Assembly: GCA_964016885.1 (NCBI GenBank)
Contig: OZ024740.1
Location: 352,098,001 to 352,162,000 of the forward strand
Length of the DNA: 64,000 nt
Reading direction: 5' to 3'
Source: Eledone cirrhosa
Lineage: Eukaryota
The position numbers and the translations under genes are program-made. Every line of letters starts with the position of its first letter. The first letter of the stretch is position 1. The notes below the pieces were generated by a model. That model was not told where the DNA came from. It ran no database searches and saw nothing but the letters and a program-made list of their open reading frames with translations. Below, one piece after another: positions 26,758 through 37,033 of the stretch.

Positions 26758-28699
26758 TTTATTTGGCATATTTTGACATGAACAAGTTAGAATGATTGTA
26801 ATCACTAAACTGATTGCAACTCCATCCAGCTGTAAAATATTTTCATCTCCCCTTATACCCTAAAACCAATACTTCTAGAGATCAATGAAGCTACTGACTG
26901 TTCAGATATTTTAAAATACAAATCACAACTTTCTGAAAGCAAAATACTAAAATGAATCCAGACTAGAATTTTTTTCCTCTCCTTACATTTTTGCATAGCG
27001 AAGTTGAGATTAGTTTTTATTCTTATATTTTTTAATGATCTGTATATCCACACATGTTTCTGATTCCATCCCGTATGTTATTGTTGTTTTATCTAAGGTC
27101 AACTGATTGGACAGTCAGCTGATTAAAACCAGTCAGCCAACCAGCCATTCTTTTTAAAGTATGTAAAAAGCATATTATCTAATAAGACCTTCTCTGGTGG
27201 TAGGGTGTGATTTGAGCAAGATTTGGCTGTTATTTCTAATAGATCATGTTGAGTCACTTTTTTTTTCTTTTTCTCATCCAGTATTTATCAGGAAAGTCTT
27301 TAACAATATAAAAATTAGGATAAATTGTAGCCAAAGATTCACAAATTTCTCGAGAAGAAAATTGTAATCCCTCATGGCTAAGGAAATTTCTGCATGGCAT
27401 TGGATACCTAATGTATGATTAACATTGAATAGGTTGTTTGTACACTAGCTATCACACAGCAAGTAAATAGAAAGAGTCTGGGTCCAATAATCAAAACAAC
27501 AAACAAGCATTTTAATGGCATTTTCCCTAAAGCAGTGTTTACCTTTGCAGGCCCATGACAAGCTTCATAATCATCATAGGGTCGTTTTTGAGACATTTCT
27601 TTTACAGCCAGATACTCTTTCTGGTGCCAGCTCTTTTAGTAACCTCTTACAACATGCAAGGATATAGTATACCTATTCTGCACTCGATACACTGACCAAG
27701 ACAATTATTGGGCTGTAGTTTGAAACAGAACCAGACTGATGTGACAACTATTTCCAACAGTGATATAAACTGAAGCAATGTAAAAAAAAAGTGTTCTACC
27801 AAGAAGAAGCAATAATATACCTACAATAGATTTGAACTCGTGGTCAACTTTATTTACATAGCTCTTGTATAGTCAAAGCCAAATTAAATACTTCAATTTC
27901 ATCATTTCTTATTTCTATATATATAATTCAATATCCAATATTGGAACTGTCCATAAAATTCTGAACAAAACTGCAGAAAATCAACAAATCACAAGCCAAC
28001 AGGGGGTGAGAGCAACTACATAGTCATCCAACATGCTAGAAATAGCAATCAAATCTTCCTCAAATCACAAACTTATAAAATAAATAATGGACACCTTGGA
28101 GTAGATATACTGTATATGTAAATCATCTCAACTAAAATATTATTTATTGATCTTATGTGTCTTCAATCAGAGATGATATGGGATTTATTAATAGCAACAA
28201 CCAACCTATCAATCACAGAATACAAATACCTTAGCTAAAACAAGAAAATCTTCAGAAACAATCAAATACTTTCATTGACACATTTCTAATGAAAGACATC
28301 ATCTATGAGTTTCAAATCTCTTCTTTTTCACCCACTTATTCCTGAGGGGGTTATGGGAGAAGAGTTCTCAAACACTCCTTTCAGCAGATCCTGTCAGAAG
28401 CAACTATCTCCAACTGATCCAGTTGTATCCCCAAGCGAGACCAGCCAAGCTCATGGATGTTATCCAACCATCTTGCTCAGGGTCTAGTGGAGGGGGTGGG
28501 GAGAAAGACATTAGCTAATGTAGTCCTAGATATGTTCCAGAGAAAAGAGGGAATGGTCATTGCTGGAACACCTTTCATCATACTTCTGTCCAGAAAAGGC
28601 TCACCTGGAGATAAACAATCATTGCAATAATTTCTTTTATTAACAAGTATTACTGAAGCATACATCTAGTATGCACCTCTTAGCCATCCTCCATCCCCC

Positions 28700-29205
28700 T
28701 TCCAAACACCTCCCACTCCCAAGCACCCCACCCACATCTGATCATACCACCCTTACACTGTAAAGTTGTGTTTGTATCACAAAAATCATCCAGCCCACAC
28801 TGTAAACTGGTTGTATAGGTGTTTTGACAAAAAGCCCCCAGCCCACACTGTAAAGTAGTCATGTAGGTGTCACGATAAGCCCCCAGCCCACACTATAAAG
28901 TGATCCTGTAGATGTCACGATAAAAAGCCCCCAGCCCACACTGTAAAGTGATCCTGTAGGATTCACAATAAAAAGTGCCTAGCCCACACTGTAAAATAGT
29001 CATGTAGGCGTCACAACAAAAAGCACTCAGCACACACTGTAAATACATTTGGTCTTAGGAAAGCCATACAGCCACAGAAACTAAGCCAGAAACAGTTCTG
29101 TATGAGCAAGACATGTTCGCCTGACCTGACTTGCCTCAAACAGGACAACCCTTCTAACCCATGCTAGCATAGAAAATAGACATTAAACGAATATGATGAG
29201 GAGGA
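28700..29205 (+). mobile_element. Solo RTE 3' UTR with about six tandem ~48-bp units
   Basis: cact(g/a)taaa occurs seven times between 28755 and 29043, followed by ttaggaaagccatacagcc..ccatgctagcat..gacattaaacg. Confidence 0.85.
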
Positions 29206-30100
29206 TTAAAAGTTTTTGAGGAAAGGTGTAATTGACTTGAATGGTGTTTATTTTATGATCCCCCACCCCTACCACGCCAGGCTAACTCCAACAATGTTGG
29301 AACTCATATATATTGGAACTCAATATATATGATCCAGAAGTTTGCCTTTGCTACTCTACCACATTGCAGGACAATACATCTAGGAATTGAAGTTAATCCA
29401 ACCATAACACCATAGAGAAAGAAGTAAATGTTGATGACAATGTTTATTGCTGTCATTATTCTGTCTAAGACTTTGATGATAATAATAATAAAAATAATAA
29501 TAATAATAATGAAGTGGATTTTAATGCAAATTTAGTTTTATCATTAATATTTAATTATCATCAAATCATTGATTATGCATTAATTTGGTAAAGTGAATTT
29601 CATGAAAGAAATTATTTTGAAATCTATTTTGGGGCAGCCATATTTCTCTCAAGCATGTTAATTTAAGTAGTGAGAAGCATTATGTAATTCCAAAGAATTT
29701 AAATAATATCTTAAATCTTCTAAGGTCTCTCGTTTGTATAAATTAATAACATATTCCTTTCATATCAAAATTTCGCCATTTACTTAACCTACTAAACCAT
29801 AAAATGAACACCAAATAATTTTATGTTTTGTTTTCTTTTTTACTTTTTCACATGCAAAGCTTTTTCTTTTTTTCTTTATTTTTTCAATTTAATGTGATAT
29901 ATTCAACAACACAGTCCCTAAAGTATTTGTTTTATCCAATGATATGGTGTAGTAATTTGTTAGCTAGTGATGCTTGTGCCATGATAAAATGCACCTAGTA
30001 CACTCTTTAGGTTAGGGAAGAGTGTAATGAGATGGGCTACAAGACCAGAAATACAAGAGGAAGTGGTATCAGGATAGCACAAGAGAATTGTGATTCAGGC

Positions 30101-30260
30101 TCTTTTGTGTCCGACCACAGAAGTGGCAGGTCATCTGCATCTGACCACAGAAGAGGCAGGTTATCTGCGTCTGACCACAGAAGAGGTAGGTTATCTGCAT
30201 CTGACCACAGAAGAGATAGGTTATCTGCGTCTGACCACAGAAGAGGTAAGTCATCTGTGT
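30101..30260. repeat. 30-bp minisatellite, ~5.3 copies
   Basis: Unit ttatctgc(a/g)tctgaccacagaagaggtagg. Confidence 0.95.
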
Positions 30261-30361
30261 GTGTGAGACTTTTTATTCTGTTTGGCCATTCAGAAGTGCG
30301 AAATATTTCCGGTTGCCCGAGTGAATATGAAAAGACCTACAATATTTCTCTGCATCTGACT

Positions 30362-30635
30362 GGTAAGTCTAAGTCTAAAGTCTTTCTCAAACCCAGAGGC
30401 TCATCAGGTTGGTGCTTATCCCGGATTCTATGGTGTTAAGTGACTGAGAGTACAATACTTCCCCCTGGACATGACGTCAGTACTCATTGCTGGTACTCAT
30501 TTTCATTTGAGTAAACTGAAGCAATCTGAAATGAAATGTTTTGCTCAAGAACACAACACACAACCCAGTCAAGGAATCAAACACACAATGTTATGGTCAT
30601 AAGTCCAACGCCCTTACCACTAGGCCACATGCCCC
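30362..30635 (-). mobile_element. Degenerate tRNA-derived CORE-like SINE with a different 3' part
   Basis: Minus strand ggggcatgtggcctagtggtaaggg..gtttgattcc..gtgttcttgagcaaaaca; (AGACTT)n-like tail. Confidence 0.7.
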
Positions 30636-30679
30636 CAACTAGCTGGTTAACCTTGTCCTTTAATCTTATTTCAATTCCT

Positions 30680-32966
30680 CAGGGTACATTACATAGAGAC
30701 CAAGAGGGAAGCTAGGCGACAAGTATACTTAGCTAGGAGGGAAGCAGAGGATAGAAAATTCAAGCATGTCTTACAGCGTGAGGACCAGAAACAGGAGGTA
30801 TTCAAGATTGCGAGGCAGTGTGTCAGAGATAGTTGTGATGTCATTGGAGAGAAGTGTATCCGGAATGATAAAGGTGAGCTTGCCCTCACAAGTGCTGAGA
30901 AGAAAGATGCATGGAAGAGTCATTATGATAGATTACTAAATGAGGAGAATGCATGGGAAGAAGAGACCCTACCCCATGTAGACCCTATAGAGGGACCAGC
31001 AGTACAAGTCAGCGGCAGCGTAGTAAGGCAATCAGAGATATGAAGATGGGGAAGGCAACCTGTCCATCGGGGATAGCTGCCGAGATGCTGAAGGCATCTG
31101 GGTCTGTAGGTCACACTATAACCACACGTATCGTTAACCAGGTAATACTAGAAGGGGCCATACCAAAAGATTGGTGCAGTAGCATCATTGTCAACTGCTA
31201 CAAAGGTAAAGGCGATGCACTAGATAGAGGAAACTATAGAGGTATAAAGTTGATGGACCAGGTCATGAAAGTAACAGAAAGAGTTATAGCACAGCTGATT
31301 AGGGACCGGGTGAATATAGACGAGATGCAATTTGGGTTTGTACCAGGGAGAGGCACCACTGATGCCCTCTTCCTTGTGAGGCAATTACAGGAAAAGTACC
31401 TAGCTAAAAGTAAGCCACTCTACTTGGCATTTGTCGACCTTGAGAAAGCCTTTGACAGAGTTCCACGTGCAGTAATCTGGTGGGCTCTTAGAAAACTAGG
31501 AGTAGATGAATGGCTTGTGAAAGCGGTACAAGCCATGTATAGGGGAGCAGTCAGCAAAGTTAGGATTAGCAATGAGTATAGCGAGGAATTTAGCGTACAG
31601 GTTGGGGTCCACCAGGGCTCTGTTCTTAGCCCTCTCCTGTTCATCATAGTCCTGCAGGCAATAACGGAGGAGTTTAAGACCGGATGCCCATGGGAACTCC
31701 TGTATGCTGATGACCTCGCACTCATAGCTGAATCTATGGTAGAACTAGAGAATAAATTCCAAACCTGGAAGCAGGGACTAGAGAGAAAGGGCCTCAAAGT
31801 CAACATGACAAAGACTAAGGTCCTTGTAAGTAGACGAGAAAACAGAACCCAGATCCCCTCAGGGAAATGGCCTTGCTCAGTATGTAGGAAAGGTGTAGGT
31901 AGGAACTCCATTCTCTGCCCCAAATGCAAACAATGGGTACACAAGAGATGTAGCGGGATCTCAGGAAGCTTAATTAAGAATGTAGGATTCACATGCAGCA
32001 GCTGTGCTGAAACAGCAAGCAAACAGCCACAGGAAACAAGTACCACCAATCTCTGGGAGGGCCCTGTAGAAACAGTAGACAGCTTCTGCTACCTAGGTCA
32101 CCGAATTAGCAACGGAGGTGGGTGCTCAGAAAGTACAATAACTCGGGTAAGAACGGGATGGAAGAAGTTTAGGGAACTACTACCACTGCTAGCTGCAAAA
32201 GGCTTCTCCCTCAGAATGAAAGGCAGACTGTATGATGCGTGTATCCGAACAGCGATGTTGCATGGTAGTGAGACCTGGGCGCTGAAGGTGGAAGACTTAC
32301 GTAGATTAGAGAGAAACGAAGCCTGCATGCTCCGATGGATGTGTAACAGTAATATACGTGAACGACAAAGCATAAAGGAATTGAGAGAGAGACTGAGCAT
32401 AAGAGGAATCAAATGCTGCGTGCAGGAGAGGCGGTTACGCTGGTATGGACATGTGATGCGTATGAAGGATGACAGCTGCATAAAAAGGTGCAGAGCACTA
32501 GAAGTTGATGGAAACCGCGGAGTGGGGAGACCCAAGATGACTTGGGATGAGGTGATAAAAGCCGACCTTACCCAACTACACCTCTCAAAGACAATGACAC
32601 ACGACCGTGACTTCTGGCATCACGCAGTAATACAGGGTACCCGACCTCCCATGGGTACATGCTGAAGCATATAAAGAATATGCCCCCACTCCCCCCACCG
32701 CAAGGTGGTCGTGGAGGTGCCACGGCAAAAAAGCACCCAGCCCACACTGTAAAGTGGACGTGTAGGCGCCACGAAAAAGCACCCAGCACTCACTGTAAAT
32801 GAGGTTGGTGTTAGGAAGGGCATCCAGCTGTAGAAATCAAGCCAGATCAGTTCCTGTATGAGCAAGGCATGGTCAGCCGACCAGACACTGCTCACAACAG
32901 GACAACCCGTCTAACCCATGCTAGCGTGGAAGAACGGACGTAAAACGGTGATGATGGTGATGATGA
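30680..32966 (+). mobile_element. RTE-clade LINE, young, 5'-truncated (copy 1)
   Basis: RT motifs NYRGIKL, QFGF, FVDLEKAFD, GVHQGSVLSP, YADD (31703-31714), FCYLG, LRWYGHV, GRPKMTW; stop at 32663-32665; ~300-bp 3' UTR with (GAT)n tail; 4-bp deletion near 31021 relative to copy 2. Confidence 0.97.
30953..32665 (+). CDS. RTE reverse transcriptase ORF (partial; the first ~24 codons are out of frame with the element ORF) with inserted PHD-type finger
   Basis: 570-aa ORF with intact YADD; C4HC3 motif at 31874-32005. No endonuclease domain or native start, so probably not expressed. Confidence 0.85.
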   Translation: MGRRDPTPCRPYRGTSSTSQRQRSKAIRDMKMGKATCPSGIAAEMLKASGSVGHTITTRIVNQVILEGAIPKDWCSSIIVNCYKGKGDALDRGNYRGIKLMDQVMKVTERVIAQLIRDRVNIDEMQFGFVPGRGTTDALFLVRQLQEKYLAKSKPLYLAFVDLEKAFDRVPRAVIWWALRKLGVDEWLVKAVQAMYRGAVSKVRISNEYSEEFSVQVGVHQGSVLSPLLFIIVLQAITEEFKTGCPWELLYADDLALIAESMVELENKFQTWKQGLERKGLKVNMTKTKVLVSRRENRTQIPSGKWPCSVCRKGVGRNSILCPKCKQWVHKRCSGISGSLIKNVGFTCSSCAETASKQPQETSTTNLWEGPVETVDSFCYLGHRISNGGGCSESTITRVRTGWKKFRELLPLLAAKGFSLRMKGRLYDACIRTAMLHGSETWALKVEDLRRLERNEACMLRWMCNSNIRERQSIKELRERLSIRGIKCCVQERRLRWYGHVMRMKDDSCIKRCRALEVDGNRGVGRPKMTWDEVIKADLTQLHLSKTMTHDRDFWHHAVIQGTRPPMGTC

Positions 32967-32988
32967 ATAGTTCCTTTCCTTATTTCAG

Positions 32989-33023
32989 GATACTCGTGAA
33001 ATTCTCTGATGGAAGTTTTGCTG
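32989..33023 (+). CDS. Candidate 35-nt host microexon (xILVKFSDGSFA+G)
   Basis: ttcctttccttatttcAG acceptor and CTG|GTaatt donor; open frame; phase-compatible with 54500-54528. Protein not recognised. Confidence 0.35.
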
Positions 33024-35182
33024 GTAATTTAAAATAAAGGTCAGATTGTTGAAGTAAACTTTATTTTATGTCTGCTGTAATTCATTGCTTGAAAAGCTTT
33101 ATGTGCAATATCACCAGATTTTTCTTTTGTTGTAGGTGTTTGGTTTGCTTGTTTTTTTTATTCAACTTTATCCTGATGCATAAAAATACTAACAAAAATA
33201 TTCTGCAAGAAGATATTTCTCAAAAGCCAATTCTCTCAGAAGTGTTCATATTTTGATAGCTTTCTAGTAAATGATTTCTCCACAGTAACAAAAGATTGTA
33301 AACTAGTTTCACGTGGTCAAATAGATTACTGGACTATATGTTAAAGTCTTCCTATATCTAATGTATTTTAGGCAAAAAAATTATTACTAAACTTGTTTTT
33401 GTCAGAGTAACTGAAAAAGTAAGTATTATTCCTGCTTCCTGTTTGGAAGATTATGTACACATTTTATACATTTAACATTTACATTACTCTATATTTACTA
33501 TTGTATTTTCATAGTAAACACTTCTCACATATTATCTTACATAATATCGAACCTACGAGATTTTGATATTATTTGTTTTGAGAACAATACCTTAACGTAA
33601 GTATGAGCAACCAGTTATGTCTGGTTTGAACAGAATGAGGTGAGAGAATTCTGGCCAAATACAGCCAGTTTAAATGCTAAAAGGTTAAGGCTATTTCCCC
33701 TGCTAAAGCCCCATGACAGACTTCATATTGATTATAGAGATTTGTTTAGACTGGATGCCCTTCTTGGCATCAATCTTTTAGTTGCCTTATACAACCCACT
33801 GGGATGTGGTGTACCTATTCTCAACAGGATACACTCAGCTTTAGAAGATTTTGTCAAAAACTTTTGATGCAATAATTCTGCAAATATTCTAATTTTAAGA
33901 ATTGCCTGCCTCGTTTTATTATGAGAAGGAGGAGGGTATTGTGGGTTGTTTTTTTGTGGGAGGTGGGGTAATATTTTCGGATTTTAATTTGAAATGTTTT
34001 CGTTTTAACTCTATATAAATGATATCATCCTTCATCATGAATCCTCATCCTTCTCATATCCATTTTAAAAAAACATGACTTTTTCCCCTGATTCTATGAG
34101 CATATGTCTGTTCACTGTAACCAATGTCTGAATTAAAATCGTCAATATAATTCTCTCAGGTGACATTAGTTTACAACAATTCCTCTGTGTAGCTGGAGCA
34201 GAAAAAAACAATATTGAAAACTACAATAGTATAATTCCCTCATAACTAACAATTTCCTAAGAAGTAACTATTACAATTTGCTAATAATTAATTAGGATCA
34301 TTTCCTCTTAACTAACTAATAAGTAACCAACACATCATTATCATCATCACTTACCGTCCATTTTCTTCTGATAGCAAGTGTTGGACAGGTTATCACAAAC
34401 TGGGTCAGTATTCAAGCTGGGCTACAGACCTCTCAGATGGGCTGGGGGGGACTGTATCTCACAAACATCCCTGTGTTCTACCAAATGCATTTTATCACGG
34501 TACTAACATTAGGGAGATTGCCATGTCTTTGATACAGTTGAAGAGTCCTCCAACCCTTTGTTTGGCATGTTTTCTACAGTTGGATGTCTTTCCTTTACTA
34601 ATAATTACAAGTTTTAAGGGCATTTTTCCCCTACTAAAGTAGGGATTTGTCTTGAGCTCCATTGCAGGCTTCATACTCATCATGGTGTCTTTTTTTAGGC
34701 AATATTTTAAGGCCAGATGCCTTTCCAGGTGCCAAAACTTTTAGTTACTTCTTACAACAAGCAAGGATATGGTGTACCCTTTCTAAACTGGATATACAAA
34801 GTAAGACAATTTCCTAATAATTAACTGCATAGTTTTCTAATAACTTTCTAGTGAAATTTCCTATCATCATCGTCATCATATGTCCATTTTTCCATGCTAG
34901 CATGGATTAGACAAGATATTTTAGGCAGAATTCTACAATTGCCCAAGGTGTCATACAATGGGATCAAACATGAAGCCATGTGGTTGAAGAGTGAACTTCT
35001 TAAGCACACTTTATAAATGTTAATTTCCTTGTAGTTATAGAATACCCAAGTTGCACTTGAGCTAGTTGATAAAATGTTAGCTTATAAGCTGATATATAGT
35101 CAGTTTGTGTCTTTTCATTTGCATTGTAAGTCACAGGCCAAGAAACTATTTTGATTCAGTTCACCTATTTGATTATTATTAC

Positions 35183-35380
35183 TGTTGTTTAGCCCCAGAT
35201 CAGCCCTGAATGAGCAGATATATGATAAAAAGCACTCCAGTAGTGACCTTCCAGGCATTTATATGCAAGGCTAATTTATTTGTTGCATCTTTTTTTTTAA
35301 GACAGTATGATGTAATTTGTGGGAGATTTGGCTGTTATTTCTAGCAGCTAAAGCAATCATGTAGAAACTTCCCTGTTGGT
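35183..35380 (-). mobile_element. Unclassified high-copy ~200-bp repeat with (AAC)n tail (family G)
   Basis: Core ctgctagaaatagcagccaaatctccc and end ctgatctggggctaaacaac. Degenerate copies at ~3160-3375, 7395-7600, 7980-8150, 11255-11430, 25595-25805, 25845-26038, 27080-27250, 27995-28200, 45695-45818, 52395-52585, 54005-54235, 54815-55220, 55760-55926, 59468-59705. Confidence 0.75.
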
Positions 35381-36276
35381 TCCATCTGTAAACAGGTACT
35401 CTGAAAAGGTTAACCTTATTGCTATAGACAGCTAAACCACTGTACAAATTACAAGACCTTTTTTTTTGTTCACTTTTAGTGCTTCATTTAAATCCTTTAC
35501 CAATGGTCTGGAATATACAATAAATAAAACTACTCCTCAAGCAAATTATTTATTTATATCACAATAACATTATTGGTTGCATATCTTCAGCAGGCCTTTC
35601 TGGTTCACTGCATTTCTGGCAGAAAGAATAACAAGAATTTGCCTGTGCAACTCAGGCAGAAATATAACATGGTATTTCTTATGAAAAATAAATACTTAAG
35701 TTTTATCATCCATATTCACATTTTTTGTCTATATAAACTGGCAAAAGATATATACACACACATACAAATAGATTTCCATACAGTTTCCAATTACCATACC
35801 CTACTCACTGGACATTTGTATACATGAGGCTATGGTAGAAGACACTTGATCAGGGAGCCATGGAGTGGTATTGAACCTAAAACTTTATACTTTCAAAACA
35901 AAAATGTTAACTACACAGCTATACTTGTATCCTTGAAAAGATTCTGAAATCAAGAAAGATGAATATCAGGAAACCAACATTGAACATACGTACACTCTAC
36001 TATACTTTCTCACTTGCATTTATCCATATATATATATACTCATATCCATTTCTTCTGAGCTGCAAAGTATACTTTTATGACAAATTAATGAGAGAAGGTG
36101 GGATGAGAAGGTGGGGGAATGGGAGGGGTGGGAGGATAGTGGAGAGAAGGGGAAAAGAGATGGAGGGGGTGTGAGGTAGTGGGAGGATAGTGGGAGGATA
36201 GTGGGGAAAAGGGGTGGGTGGAAGGGTGAGGAAGAGAGGGGGGGGGGAGAAAATTATAGAGAGAGAGGGTTCTGTT

Positions 36277-36545
36277 TTGTGGGTCACATTCTGCCTCCAG
36301 AACCCCTGCCCATCCATAACGACAATGACGTGAACTCCCCCAAAGGCAAGTGGAAAAGAAGCCCAACAAAGATGACCTTGAGGCAGACATTCCAAAGTGA
36401 CCTACAAACCATCAACATTACCTGCTATGGATGTCAATGACCTGCCACCAACCAACAGTGTTGGAGACAATTGGTTGACTTATGCTTCCGACAAAACAAG
36501 CTAGACTAAGAGCTAACATACATCCATGAATAATAACATATCTAA
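36277..36545 (+). mobile_element. Degenerate third RTE-like C-terminal fragment
   Basis: GHIL.PEP.P..(frameshift)..PKGKWKRSPTKMTLRQTFQSDLQTINIT resembles the GHILR..WTP.GKRKRGRPK.TW motif of RTE ORFs. Confidence 0.6.
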
Positions 36546-36737
36546 TACCAACTGGAGACCAAACTGATCAAAATGTAGTATAGATGTTATTGTCATCATC
36601 ATTTTTGTGTTCACTTGTCCATCCTTGCATAGGCTGGACAAGGCATTTTGAGGCAGTTTCTCTGGACAGATACTTTTCCTGACACCAACTTAAACACCAT
36701 TGATATCTGTCAAATCATATTTGTAAACCATATAGCT

Positions 36738-37033
36738 CAGAGGTTCTCAAACTTATTGGGCCACCACCACAATTACAGCCACATAATACTCTCAGTGCCC
36801 CCAACACTATTTCCAGAGAGTCCTGCCTACATACAAATTGTAAGTAATATATAATAAATAAAATCGTTAATTTATATATAATAAATACTACATATAAATA
36901 AATATTATATATTTTTAATTTTAATATATTTATGACATAAAATGATGAGGATTTGACATTTAATATACTATTATATCATCTCTACCCCCTTAGGCCACAG
37001 CGCCACCCTGGACCTTCTCTTTGAGAACCTCTG
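36738..37033. mobile_element. Non-autonomous hAT (Charlie-like) MITE, related to 736-1135 in the opposite orientation
   Basis: TIRs cagaggttctcaaa / tttgagaacctctg; perfect 8-bp TSD atatagct (36730-36737, 37034-37041). Confidence 0.92.

Noticed and set aside
28755-29043. CRISPR-like repeat/spacer appearance (constant cccagcccacactgtaaag with variable gaps)
   Set aside because: The gaps are homologous to each other and to the LINE 3' UTR unit; eukaryotic context; no cas genes.
30032-30439. 135-aa ORF with SASDHRRGRL repeats (similarly 39836-40222)
   Set aside because: Open only because of a stop-free minisatellite; runs into a SINE; no splice or homology support.
32710-32750. Resemblance of cgtgg-aggtg-ccacg plus A-rich linker to the 5' half of a pistol ribozyme
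   Set aside because: No P2/P3 helices or conserved catalytic segment follow; retained only as a pseudoknot candidate.
31420-32895. Minus-strand ORFs of 65-209 aa (and equivalents at 48073-51000, and + strand ORFs at 1573-2204 and 5599-5943)
   Set aside because: Antisense shadows of the RTE ORF and UTR.
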